64,000 nt of DNA from an uncultured Hyphomicrobiales bacterium (GTDB lineage Bacteria; Bacteroidota; Ignavibacteria; Kapaibacteriales; UBA2268): positions 27,859 to 91,858 of the forward strand of contig CAZWXI010000003.1 in NCBI GenBank assembly GCA_964637845.1, given 5' to 3'. Within the stretch, counting starts at the first letter, position 1. The number at the start of each line of letters is the position of its first letter. The notes beneath the pieces were generated by a model, which was given only the letters and a program-made list of their open reading frames with translations, was not told the origin of the DNA and did no database searches. The position numbers were made by a program, and so were the translations under genes. Below, piece after piece: positions 37,735 to 47,041 of the stretch.

Positions 37735-38571
37735 TTAATTCGTTACACAAATTATTCGCGGAAAATTTTGAAAATCTTTTGAAATTTTTAATTTATATTC
37801 TCTAAACAGCATAGAAACGTCATCTGATTGGTTGCTACCTATTTCAAAATAAAACTTGCCACCTTGCTTAAGATTATTATGTATAATGCTTTGAAATCTA
37901 CGATAATGTGTTAATCCGTCGAATTTATCGGTATAGGCAATTTCAGGCTCATGCAATAAGATTTCTTTTTGTAAATCATGAAGGCCGGATTGTGGAATAT
38001 ATGGGGGGTTTGATACCATATAATCAAAGATATTATTTGTATTGAATGAAAGGATGTCTGCTTCGAGAAATTCAATATTTACTCCATGATATTCTGCATT
38101 CTTTTTAGCGATTTCAATGGCATTCGCAGATATATCTATTGCCGTAATTTTAGCGTCGGGATAAAACTTAGCCAAAGTTATAGCAATACAACCTGAACCC
38201 GTTCCAATATCAAGCAAAGTGAACTCGCCTTGTTTGACTTCGCGAGTAAATTGTTCAATCAAGAGTTCGGTTTCAGGTCTTGGAATAAATACATTTTTGT
38301 TGCATAAAAAACGTAAGCCATAGAAATATGCCTCGCCTATAATATATTGTAAAGGTTCAAATGCAATACGCCTTTTGAGCATGGTTTTGAGTACGGTGAG
38401 TTCGTCTTTTGTTAGTGGTTTCTCAAAATTTGAATATAATTGGATACGGTTCATGTTCAATACATGGCAAAGCATCAATTCAATGTTTAATCGTGCATCT
38501 TCAATACCTTTTTCGTTCAGAAAATTTGCACCCCAATTAATAATTTTTAGGATTGTCCAAACCTGCTCCAA
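37735..38571 (-). CDS. prmC: peptide chain release factor N5-glutamine methyltransferase
   Basis: SAM motif LLDIGTGSGCIAI and catalytic NPPYIP. The track start (TTG at 38652) would overlap pyrB by 79 nt. The TTG at 38571 follows AAGGA by 8-9 nt and sits 2 nt after the pyrB stop. Confidence 0.85.
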   Translation of the reverse strand: MEQVWTILKIINWGANFLNEKGIEDARLNIELMLCHVLNMNRIQLYSNFEKPLTKDELTVLKTMLKRRIAFEPLQYIIGEAYFYGLRFLCNKNVFIPRPETELLIEQFTREVKQGEFTLLDIGTGSGCIAITLAKFYPDAKITAIDISANAIEIAKKNAEYHGVNIEFLEADILSFNTNNIFDYMVSNPPYIPQSGLHDLQKEILLHEPEIAYTDKFDGLTHYRRFQSIIHNNLKQGGKFYFEIGSNQSDDVSMLFREYKLKISKDFQNFPRIICVTN

Positions 38572-38573
38572 AA

Positions 38574-39497
38574 TTACAATTCCTTGCCTAATAATGAAAG
38601 TAGTGCCATTCGGATAAATACCCCATGCGTGACTTGAGTCTGAATCAGACAATTCGGATACGAACTCAGACGATAGTCAAGCTCAATACCAAAATTGACG
38701 GGCCCCGGATGCATAAGCACTAATTCCGGTTTGCTAACAAAATGCTCGTATTTTACTCCAAAGTATTTTGAGAACTCCTGAATCGATGGTAAAATCCCCG
38801 ATTCCATTCTCTCTCTCTGCAAACGTAAAACTAACAGTACATCAGCCCATTTGACAGCATCATTTATCGAATCAATTATGTCGCAGTTCCAAATCTCGAA
38901 GCTCCTCGGCAATAATGTACCTGGGGAACATAGTTTGACTTCTGCACCGAGTGTTTTCAATAATGCTATATTAGAACGGGCGACTCGGCTATGTATGATA
39001 TCGCCTATGATGCAAACTTTCAGACTTTTGACACTGCCAAAATGACGATAAAGTGTGTAGGAATCCAAAAGAGCTTGAGTGGGATGAGCATGCTTCCCAT
39101 CACCGGCATTCAATATAACTCCTTTTGTATTTTTCTGAAGAAATTGCGGTACACCGGACCTAGCATGCCTGACTACATACATTTGAACACCCATTGCTTC
39201 AATTGTATGAAGTGTATCGATAAGAGATTCCCCTTTTGTCAGGCTGCTTGTAGCAGATTGGAAGCTGATAGAATCAGCCGATAACCTTTTAGCGGCAATA
39301 TCGAAAGAGATTTTTGTGCGAGTTGAAGGTTCAAAAAACACCATCGCTACGGTTACACCCTTCAAATCATTAAATTTTTCCCCTTTACGATAGTTGGTCA
39401 GAAAAAAATCAGCTTTATCGAAAATTAGTTTAACATCCTCAGTAGTGAGGTCAGAAGCTTGCAGTAAATAAGGTTTTGATAGTTTTTGAATGTTCAT
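38574..39497 (-). CDS. pyrB: aspartate carbamoyltransferase catalytic subunit
   Basis: FFEPSTRTKISFDIAAKRL, HPTQALLD and HPGPVN motifs. Confidence 0.93.
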   Translation of the reverse strand: MNIQKLSKPYLLQASDLTTEDVKLIFDKADFFLTNYRKGEKFNDLKGVTVAMVFFEPSTRTKISFDIAAKRLSADSISFQSATSSLTKGESLIDTLHTIEAMGVQMYVVRHARSGVPQFLQKNTKGVILNAGDGKHAHPTQALLDSYTLYRHFGSVKSLKVCIIGDIIHSRVARSNIALLKTLGAEVKLCSPGTLLPRSFEIWNCDIIDSINDAVKWADVLLVLRLQRERMESGILPSIQEFSKYFGVKYEHFVSKPELVLMHPGPVNFGIELDYRLSSYPNCLIQTQVTHGVFIRMALLSLLGKEL

Positions 39498-39532
39498 TTT
39501 AAAAATATTTTTTTATAAAATTAAGCAAAAGT

Positions 39533-39561
39533 ACAAAAAAAAGCCGTTCAAAAGAACGGCT
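39533..39561 (-). terminator. rho-independent terminator downstream of hup
   Basis: Perfect 8-bp hairpin agccgttc-aaaa-gaacggct (39542-39561), followed on the minus strand by a run of 8-9 T. Confidence 0.7.
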
Positions 39562-39592
39562 AAAAATTACATGTGAAAAAGAAAAAGAAAGG

Positions 39593-39904
39593 TTATTTCT
39601 TTTTCTTTTTCGGGGCTTTAGCAACCGGATTTACCATTTCTGATAAAGCTTTTCCGGGTTTGAATTTGGCAACTTTTTTAGACGGAATATTGATAGATTG
39701 ACCAGTCTGTGGGTTCTTACCCATACGAGCTTGTCTTTCCATTACCGAAAAAGTACCAAATCCGATTAAAGTAACACTACCGCCGCTTGATAATTCGTTC
39801 GAAATAGCTTCGATAGTACTTTTTATTGCCTTTTCAGATTGAACTTTGTTCAAACCCGAACCTGCGGCAACTGCATTGATGAGATCAGTTTTGTTCATGC
39901 CCAT
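39593..39904 (-). CDS. hup: HU family DNA-binding protein with a Lys-rich C-terminal tail
   Basis: MNKTDLINAV...GFGTFSVMERQARMGKNPQTGQSINIPSKKVAKFKPGKAL is canonical HU. The ATG at 39904 has GGGAG 5 nt upstream; the track start at 39922 is a TTG. The tail reads NPVAKAPKKKKK. Confidence 0.9.
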   Translation of the reverse strand: MGMNKTDLINAVAAGSGLNKVQSEKAIKSTIEAISNELSSGGSVTLIGFGTFSVMERQARMGKNPQTGQSINIPSKKVAKFKPGKALSEMVNPVAKAPKKKKK

Positions 39905-40126
39905 TAGCACTCCCTTAAACAATTATGAATAAAACGTTAATTAAAAAGTATAAATACAAAGAAAAATTTCCATACATCTTCAAATCGCATATGAATACTA
40001 ATGTTTTGAGCAATGTCATAAATTAACAATACCAAGATAATAAAAAATATTATTCAATGCAATAAAAAAATTACATTTCAGCTTGATTCTATCTATATTT
40101 TTTCATTTTTTTTCGGATTTTATGCC

Positions 40127-40603
40127 TCATAGTAGAATAATAGCCAAAATTTGGGTACTTGTATAAGTTAAATAGACGACTATTATGGATAATAGAGCCG
40201 CAACAACATCATCGGCAAAAACATAAAAGGCACCCTTTTTGGAATTGAATAAATTGATAGGAAATGGTTTGACAATATCAAAAAAACGAAAAATGACAAA
40301 TGAAAGAAAAATCCAAAAAACGCTTTTGGGTATAAAAGGCATCAATATGATAAGCGACATCCCATGAAATTCATCAACCACTACAAATGATGGGTCAATT
40401 TTACTTTCTGATTCAATCATGTTAATCTCGCTATAAGATTTTAAAACCAAAGTCAAATTGATAAATATTGTTGCAACATAAAATAAATACCCCTCTAAAA
40501 GCAGAAATAGCAAAGGTAGAAGACTTGCCATTGTTCCCGGAGCATATTTTAAATAGCCCAAACCAAAAAGCGTCGCTGAATTAATGTATTTCTTTCTTTT
40601 CAC
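40127..40603 (-). CDS. pgpA: phosphatidylglycerophosphatase A
   Basis: ATLFGLGYLKYAPGTMASL, VVVDEFHGM and FRFFDIVKPFPI motifs. The GTG start overlaps the pgsA stop (GTGA). Confidence 0.8.
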   Translation of the reverse strand: MKRKKYINSATLFGLGYLKYAPGTMASLLPLLFLLLEGYLFYVATIFINLTLVLKSYSEINMIESESKIDPSFVVVDEFHGMSLIILMPFIPKSVFWIFLSFVIFRFFDIVKPFPINLFNSKKGAFYVFADDVVAALLSIIVVYLTYTSTQILAIILL

Positions 40604-41184
40604 TTTTTATTCCTTAGGTAGAAAAATATTTTCATTAGGTAATCTATAAGTGTATAAACAGTAAGAATGACGATTAACAGCATGATAATATCAATCCAAT
40701 CCGATTTGAGAAAATCTTCATAGTCGGTAGCTGAAATTTCAAGCAAATTTGCGTGATATAGAAACATTATGAATAAGATACCCGATATAAAAAACATTTG
40801 AAGGAAAGTCTTAATTCGAGCCGGTTCAGATGTTTTGAAATTCAAATTAACTGAACCGTCTAACATCCTTATTGCAGTGGTAAAAATGTCTCTGAAAAGC
40901 ACAATCAAGACCATCCAAAGCGGGATGATGGTCAAAAAATAAAATGCCAAAAGAGCAAACCCCGTCAGAACTTTGTCTGCTAAAGGGTCTAATGACTTCC
41001 CTACCGAGGAAACTGCCTGATATTTTCGTGCCAACAATCCATCCAAATAATCGCTGATTGCTCCCAGTATAAACAGACTTACACCGAGAACTACTGTTGA
41101 GCCATTATCGGAGATAATTGTAAAGAAAAAAATCGGAGCTATAATCAACCGAAAAACGCTAAGGATATTAGGCAGATAATTCAT
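40600..41184 (-). CDS. pgsA: CDP-diacylglycerol--glycerol-3-phosphate 3-phosphatidyltransferase
   Basis: CDP-alcohol phosphatidyltransferase motif SDYLDGLLARKYQAVSSVGKSLDPLADKV, after the N-terminal PNILSVFRLIIAP. Confidence 0.85.
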   Translation of the reverse strand: MNYLPNILSVFRLIIAPIFFFTIISDNGSTVVLGVSLFILGAISDYLDGLLARKYQAVSSVGKSLDPLADKVLTGFALLAFYFLTIIPLWMVLIVLFRDIFTTAIRMLDGSVNLNFKTSEPARIKTFLQMFFISGILFIMFLYHANLLEISATDYEDFLKSDWIDIIMLLIVILTVYTLIDYLMKIFFYLRNKK

Positions 41185-41951
41185 GACTTGCTGATTTCTT
41201 CTGCAATTCTTATGATTTTCGTAAATGATTCTGCATCTATGGAAGAGGCACCAACCAAGCCACCATCTACATCCGGTAGCAATAAAAGCTCTTTGCTATT
41301 AGAGGCATTCATGCTGCCGCCATAAAGTACGGTTAGTTCGTTTCGATTAGCCGAGAATTTTTCAACCAGAAAATCCTTTATCCAACGGTGAGCTTCGTCT
41401 GCCTGCTCAGGAGATGCCGATATGCCTGTCCCAATCGCCCAAACGGGTTCATAAGCAATTACAACATTGTGAATTTCGCCTAAAGAAAGTGACTCCAATA
41501 CTCTGGTCAGTTGAATATCCAACACCTCGTAGGTTCTGTTGCTCATTCTCTCATAATAAGTTTCGCCAATACAAAGTATCGGGATAAGATTTATATCGAT
41601 AACAGCCTTCAGCTTTTTTGCAATCAATTCATCGTCCTCTTTGAAATGAGTTCTCCGTTCTGAATGCCCCAATATAATATATTCGCATCCAATATATTGC
41701 AGCATTTGAGGCGAAACCTCTCCTGTATATGCTCCTCTTTCGGCATAGTGACAATTCTGGGCACCTAATCTAATCGGTGTATCCTTGACTAATTTTGCTA
41801 AACTGCACAAACTTGTAAATGGGGGACACACCAAAAGCTCCACAGTTAATTCTGTCTTCCACAATGCGGCTAAAATAGTTTCGACAAGGATTTTTGACTC
41901 AAATACGTTGGTATTCATCTTCCAGTTGCCTGCAATCAAAAGCTTCTTCAT
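41181..41951 (-). CDS. tpiA: triose-phosphate isomerase
   Basis: AGNWKMN, GHSERR, AYEPVWAIGTG and the YGGS loop motif. Confidence 0.95.
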   Translation of the reverse strand: MKKLLIAGNWKMNTNVFESKILVETILAALWKTELTVELLVCPPFTSLCSLAKLVKDTPIRLGAQNCHYAERGAYTGEVSPQMLQYIGCEYIILGHSERRTHFKEDDELIAKKLKAVIDINLIPILCIGETYYERMSNRTYEVLDIQLTRVLESLSLGEIHNVVIAYEPVWAIGTGISASPEQADEAHRWIKDFLVEKFSANRNELTVLYGGSMNASNSKELLLLPDVDGGLVGASSIDAESFTKIIRIAEEISKS

Positions 41952-42511
41952 TATAAATTTCTCCTCGGTATTCCACTTACTTTTGTAATTCTGTATTCGT
42001 TCAGATTTGGGTCTGATTCAAATCCGTATCCGTTAATAATCTCGTTTGGTGTTGTTATCGTGACAAATTCAGTTGAATAAATCTTTTGTCGGAGATTATC
42101 CCATTCAAGCAATTGAGTCTCTAATCTTCTGCCCTTCGATTCAGAGTGTACAAGGACATTTCCCATAGCAAGCATATTTTTGGTTCTATCGTCAATACGG
42201 GCGCTATCGGCAACTAATGTTGATGTTTCAGATGAATTTTTGTTATAAAATGTCACTTTCAATCCACTATCCAAAAATGTTTCGTACCTGTCACTGTAAA
42301 CTCGTGCTTTTCTTGCTTGAAGGACGGCTTTTGTGAAACTTGAGTCCACAAACAAAACTTCGATATTGTATGCTAATTGGTCCGGTTTGTCTTCAATATT
42401 GGAGGATACATTTCTTTTGCGTGTACTTTCAACGGCATCAAAATCAAATTCGCAGGATACTACAAATATTGATAAAAACAATAATATGATAATAAGATTA
42501 GTGTTAAGCAT
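41951..42511 (-). CDS. LptC-like LPS export periplasmic protein
   Basis: N-terminal anchor plus a ~170-aa beta-rich domain, with the size expected for LptC. It lies immediately after kdsA. I have no strong motif, so this is a context-based call. Confidence 0.5.
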   Translation of the reverse strand: MLNTNLIIILLFLSIFVVSCEFDFDAVESTRKRNVSSNIEDKPDQLAYNIEVLFVDSSFTKAVLQARKARVYSDRYETFLDSGLKVTFYNKNSSETSTLVADSARIDDRTKNMLAMGNVLVHSESKGRRLETQLLEWDNLRQKIYSTEFVTITTPNEIINGYGFESDPNLNEYRITKVSGIPRRNL

Positions 42512-43283
42512 TCTTCACAAATTTAAATTGTCGAAATAAAATGCCGATGAAGCTCGCAAAATCATCGAGTTTAAGTTGGGTAGCAGAATCACTTTTAGCA
42601 TTTACGGGGTCGGGGTGCGTTTCACAAAAGATACCATCCACACCGCATGCTATGGCAGATTTAGCGAGAGGTAATATATATTCTCGCCTCCCCCCAGATT
42701 GTTCCCCTATTGATGGTTGTTGTACTGAATGTGTTGCATCATAAATCACTGGATAGCCGGTGTTTTTCATTATGATAATGTTTCTAAAATCCACTACCAA
42801 ATCGTGATATCCAAAAAAAGTTCCTCGCTCGGTAAGTAAAATATTTGTATTCCCAGTTGATGCTACCTTCTCCGCCGCATTTGACATGTCTTTTGCTGCC
42901 AAAAATTGTCCTTTTTTTATATTCACTGCTTTCCCAGTACTACCTGCGGCTGTCAAAAGCTCAGTCTGTCGGCATAAAAAGGCGGGAATTTGCAAAACAT
43001 CAACAAATTTGGAAGCCAACTCGCAATCATTAACTGAATGTATATCAGTCAAAGTTTTTACACTAAACTCTTTGCCGATTTCATTTATCCAATTTAAAGC
43101 AGTTTCATCTCCCACGCCGGCAAAAGACTTAGCGCTTGTGCGATTTGCTTTTCGGAATGATGCCTTAAAATAAAATTCCAAATCATAGTTTTGTATTGTC
43201 TCGAGGATGCTTTCAACTGTCTGAATAAGCATAGCTTTCGATTCAGCTAGGCATGGCCCTGCTATTAATATAAATTTTTGCAA
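42504..43283 (-). CDS. kdsA: 3-deoxy-8-phosphooctulonate synthase
   Basis: [13 protein letters not shown]-terminus, [12 protein letters not shown], and DATHSVQQP with [13 protein letters not shown]. The start codon at 43283 is a TTG and no nearby ATG is available. Confidence 0.9.
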   Translation of the reverse strand: MQKFILIAGPCLAESKAMLIQTVESILETIQNYDLEFYFKASFRKANRTSAKSFAGVGDETALNWINEIGKEFSVKTLTDIHSVNDCELASKFVDVLQIPAFLCRQTELLTAAGSTGKAVNIKKGQFLAAKDMSNAAEKVASTGNTNILLTERGTFFGYHDLVVDFRNIIIMKNTGYPVIYDATHSVQQPSIGEQSGGRREYILPLAKSAIACGVDGIFCETHPDPVNAKSDSATQLKLDDFASFIGILFRQFKFVKNA

Positions 43284-43468
43284 AATATTAGTCCTATTTA
43301 TAATTAGGTAATACCAAATATAGTAATTTTTTGTTAAACTCTAATAAGCAAAGTTACTCAGAATGTGCTTGGGAAAGTAAAAAGTTGGAAATGAAATTTT
43401 TCTCGATTAGCAATCATAAAGCAAAACTGATTATCTTTGCGTTTATGTTTGAGAAAATTATCTGAATT

Positions 43469-44221
43469 ATGTTTATTGATGCTTTTTTAACACCGTATTT
43501 CCCGGAAACTGAGAACCAATTTGATGGTTCAATCGTTGTGATGATAGATGTTCTTAGGGCAAGTTCAACCGTATGTGCGGCTTTGAATGCCGGCGCCAAG
43601 GAAGTCATACCGAGTGATTCCCTTGATAGAGCAGTCAAGATATATAACAGTTTGAGCAAAGAGGTTAGATTTTTGGGGGGCGAAAGAAACGGCTTAAAAC
43701 CTCCGGGATTTGATGCGGGTAATTCACCGATGGAATATATTGAGAGCAGAGTTAAAGGTAAAAGTATAATTCTATCCACAACGAATGGGACAAAGACTTT
43801 CCAAAAAGCTAAAAATGCAAAGTACAAAATCATAGCTTCCTTTATCAATCTGACAACAGTTGTTGAATACATCAAAGCTTTAATAGACAGAGATGAAGCG
43901 CCTTCAAAGTTGTTCACATTATGTGCGGGAACAAATGGTAGATTAAGTTACGAAGATGTTCTTTGTGCCGGTGCGATACTAAATGAGATTTGTTTAACTT
44001 TTAAAATTGATGTAATAACAGATACAGCTGATGTTGCAAGAAATTTATTTAACCTGCACGCAAATGATTTGATATCATTCCTCTATACTCGTGACCATGC
44101 AAGAAACTTGATTTCCTTAGGTTTCGAAAGTGATTTGGAATATTGTTTCAATATTGACGCTGTAAATGTTTTGCCTGTGGTTGCATCTGATACAATAAAA
44201 GCATTGCAAAACGATTTATAA
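43469..44221 (+). CDS. 2-phosphosulfolactate phosphatase family protein (ComB-like)
   Basis: VVMIDVLRASSTVCAAL, GGERNG and GFDAGNSP motifs typical of the ComB family. Confidence 0.8.
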   Translation: MFIDAFLTPYFPETENQFDGSIVVMIDVLRASSTVCAALNAGAKEVIPSDSLDRAVKIYNSLSKEVRFLGGERNGLKPPGFDAGNSPMEYIESRVKGKSIILSTTNGTKTFQKAKNAKYKIIASFINLTTVVEYIKALIDRDEAPSKLFTLCAGTNGRLSYEDVLCAGAILNEICLTFKIDVITDTADVARNLFNLHANDLISFLYTRDHARNLISLGFESDLEYCFNIDAVNVLPVVASDTIKALQNDL

Positions 44222-44248
44222 TTTGTTTAAGAGTATGAAGAGGTAGTT

Positions 44249-47029
44249 TTGGGGAAGACAAAAAGAACATACAATAAGCATTATAAGCTCATAGCCGTGC
44301 TTTTGGCATTTTTTTCGATTTTGTTATTGATGGCTTTGATTTCTTATACGCCCGATGATGAATCTAATATCAACATCAAATTTTCCGATTTATTCAAATT
44401 ATTCGGTAACGATGAAATTATTGCGGCAAAAGCATCAACAACACAGAATTGGCTTGGACTTACTGGAGCGTACTTGTCCAACTTCCTTTATAACGGTACT
44501 TTCGGTTACGTAATCATATTGCTGCCTGTTCTTATAGTTGCTTGGTCCGAAAGACTGTTTACGGGTGGAGAAATCTACAAGAGACTTATACAATATACCA
44601 TCATTTACTTTGTAATCGGAATAGCTTTTGCCTCGCTGATAGGTTCGCTTCAACACTTCCAATTATTGGGATCAATCCCAAAGGAATGGAGTGGTAACAT
44701 CGGCAAATACTTATCCTCGGTAACGGTAGGTTTTATCGGAACAATCGGAGCTACGTCACTGTTTGGTTTAATCATCTTAGTCACGATTTACTATGGTACA
44801 GATATTAACTTTAATAAATATTTTTCGGAATTCATAAAAGTATTTATGAATACAGCTAGATTCGCGTGGAAGTATGTCAAAAAACTCTTCGATATCCTCA
44901 ACGAAAAATCTTATGAAAGTGTTGAAAAGACCAAAAAGACAGTGAAAGAGCAATTTGCTGAAGAATCGAAGAAAAATACCGGAGATGATAAAATCCAAGA
45001 ACAATCATATATAGCTCAAACAGACGAGGAATATGTTGAAACATCAGGCGAGGACTCGCTTATGAAGTTAAGAAGTAAAGCAAATATTCGAATCAACATA
45101 AGCGATACAGAACCTAAGTCAATTCCGACAGATACTCTCAACCCTTTTAACAAACTAGGTTTGGGAGCTAAGGAAACTCAGATTAAACCTAAAATCACCG
45201 AGATTTCCAAACCTAAACAGGAAAGAGCTTACGTGCCGGATTTCTCTGAAAAACAACAAATAGAAATTCCTAATATAAAAATTGACGATAATATCGAAGA
45301 AATTGATTTTACGACGCAGGTACGGACAAAGGAAGAGAAGATTTACACAAGTATCGATGATGAGTTAGATAGATTCGAACCAAGCGAAAATTCTTCTGAT
45401 GATTATGCCGAAACTGCTTCTCTGGCTGAAACGGTTAATCGGTCAAATATTCCGGCACAAATTTATACAGAAAAAAAGCCATCAGGCATAAATTTATCTT
45501 TTTTTGAAGATGATGCAGATGTCGGTGAACTCATCAGTACGGCCATTCATGATGAGAAAATAAGTTATTCTCCACCCGGGATTGAATTATTAAATGATAC
45601 CGTTGTCGTCTCGAATGTTTCAGAAGACGAACTCAGAATGAATGCCCAAATACTACAGGAAAAACTTGAAACATTTAAAATATACATTGAAAACCTTACA
45701 GTAACTCCGGGTCCTGTCGTAACTCAGTACGAGTTTGTCCCTGCCCCGGGCATAAAAATCAGCAAAATCGAAAGTTATGCCGATGACTTGGCAATGGCAT
45801 TAAAGGCAAAAGGTATAAGGATAATCGCACCAATTCCGGGGAAAGGAACTGTAGGTGTGGAAATTCCCAACTCAAATCCTTCCATGGTGACATTTTGCGA
45901 TACCCTTAAGAATTCAAAATTCCACTCCACGAATTTTCCATTACCTCTTGTGCTTGGTAAGACGATTTCAGGCGAAGTCTTTATTGTTGATTTGGCGAAA
46001 ATGCCTCACTTATTGATTGCGGGTTCAACCGGTTCTGGTAAATCTGTCGGTATCAATACAATTATTACATCACTTTTATATAAAAAGCATCCCTCAGAGC
46101 TAAAATTTGTTATCATTGACCCCAAAAAAGTAGAATTGCAACAATATACAAGGTTAAAGAAACATTTTTTGGCGATGTCACCTGACATACAAGACTTGAT
46201 TATCACAAAACCTGAAGATGCGGTAAGTGTTTTAAAATCAACTGTACTGGAAATGGAAATCAGATATGATATTTTAGCTTCAGTCGGACAAAAAAATATT
46301 GTTGACTATAACCAGAAAATCAAAGAGCAAAAGATAAAAAGTACAAACGAAATCAAGCATAGGCCCATGCCATACATTGTTGTTATTATTGACGAGTTGG
46401 CCGACTTAATGCTAACTGCCTCTAAGGAGATAGAAGAACCAATAACTCGACTTGCACAAATGGCAAGAGCCGTAGGGATTCACTTAGTTTTGGCTACGCA
46501 AAGACCATCAGTTGACGTTATCACGGGGCTTATAAAGGCAAATTTTCCAGCACGAATAGCATACCTTGTGGCAAGTAGAATCGACTCTCGCACTATATTG
46601 GACATACAAGGAGCGGAAAAATTACTCGGTATGGGAGATATGCTTTGCCTACAACCCGGGAAATCGCAACCTATAAGAGTGCAGAACTCATTCATCACAA
46701 CTGATGAGGTAGAAAGCATATGCGATTTTATTTTCGCGCAAAAGGGCTATTCATCACCGTATATGTTACCGAGTATTCTCGAAAAAACTGAGAAAAAAGT
46801 TATTGACCCGAGTGACCGTGACCCATTATTTGAAGAAGCGGCAAGACTTATTGTACGACACCAACAAGGTTCTGTATCGTTGATACAAAGAAGACTTAAA
46901 GTAGGTTATGCCCGGGCAGGTAGGATTGTGGATGAATTAGAGGCGGCAGGTATCGTTGGACCCTTTGACGGCAGCAAAGCCAGACAAGTATTAATTGAAT
47001 CCGAAAGCGACTTGGAAGCTATTTTATAA
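44249..47029 (+). CDS. ftsK: DNA translocase FtsK/SpoIIIE
   Basis: N-terminal TM helices, an acidic linker, Walker A (LIAGSTGSGKSVGINT), Walker B (VVIIDELADLM) and a gamma winged-helix (SVSLIQRRLKVGYARAGRIVDELEAAGIVGP). The TTG start has AAGAGG 5 nt upstream. Confidence 0.93.
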   Translation: MGKTKRTYNKHYKLIAVLLAFFSILLLMALISYTPDDESNINIKFSDLFKLFGNDEIIAAKASTTQNWLGLTGAYLSNFLYNGTFGYVIILLPVLIVAWSERLFTGGEIYKRLIQYTIIYFVIGIAFASLIGSLQHFQLLGSIPKEWSGNIGKYLSSVTVGFIGTIGATSLFGLIILVTIYYGTDINFNKYFSEFIKVFMNTARFAWKYVKKLFDILNEKSYESVEKTKKTVKEQFAEESKKNTGDDKIQEQSYIAQTDEEYVETSGEDSLMKLRSKANIRINISDTEPKSIPTDTLNPFNKLGLGAKETQIKPKITEISKPKQERAYVPDFSEKQQIEIPNIKIDDNIEEIDFTTQVRTKEEKIYTSIDDELDRFEPSENSSDDYAETASLAETVNRSNIPAQIYTEKKPSGINLSFFEDDADVGELISTAIHDEKISYSPPGIELLNDTVVVSNVSEDELRMNAQILQEKLETFKIYIENLTVTPGPVVTQYEFVPAPGIKISKIESYADDLAMALKAKGIRIIAPIPGKGTVGVEIPNSNPSMVTFCDTLKNSKFHSTNFPLPLVLGKTISGEVFIVDLAKMPHLLIAGSTGSGKSVGINTIITSLLYKKHPSELKFVIIDPKKVELQQYTRLKKHFLAMSPDIQDLIITKPEDAVSVLKSTVLEMEIRYDILASVGQKNIVDYNQKIKEQKIKSTNEIKHRPMPYIVVIIDELADLMLTASKEIEEPITRLAQMARAVGIHLVLATQRPSVDVITGLIKANFPARIAYLVASRIDSRTILDIQGAEKLLGMGDMLCLQPGKSQPIRVQNSFITTDEVESICDFIFAQKGYSSPYMLPSILEKTEKKVIDPSDRDPLFEEAARLIVRHQQGSVSLIQRRLKVGYARAGRIVDELEAAGIVGPFDGSKARQVLIESESDLEAIL

Positions 47030-47041
47030 TTATATTGCGAA

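Noticed and set aside
43432-43439. TATCTTTG, matching the Bacteroidota-type -7 promoter element TAnnTTTG, 30 nt upstream of the comB-like gene.
   Set aside because: There is no convincing -33 TTTG partner at the expected distance. I cannot establish that this organism uses Bacteroidota-type sigma-A promoters. It is too weak to annotate.
43414-43917. A 167-aa minus-strand ORF overlapping the comB-like gene and the kdsA/comB spacer.
   Set aside because: The opposite-strand protein has clear ComB family motifs. The minus-strand translation has no recognisable features and would consume the divergent promoter region.
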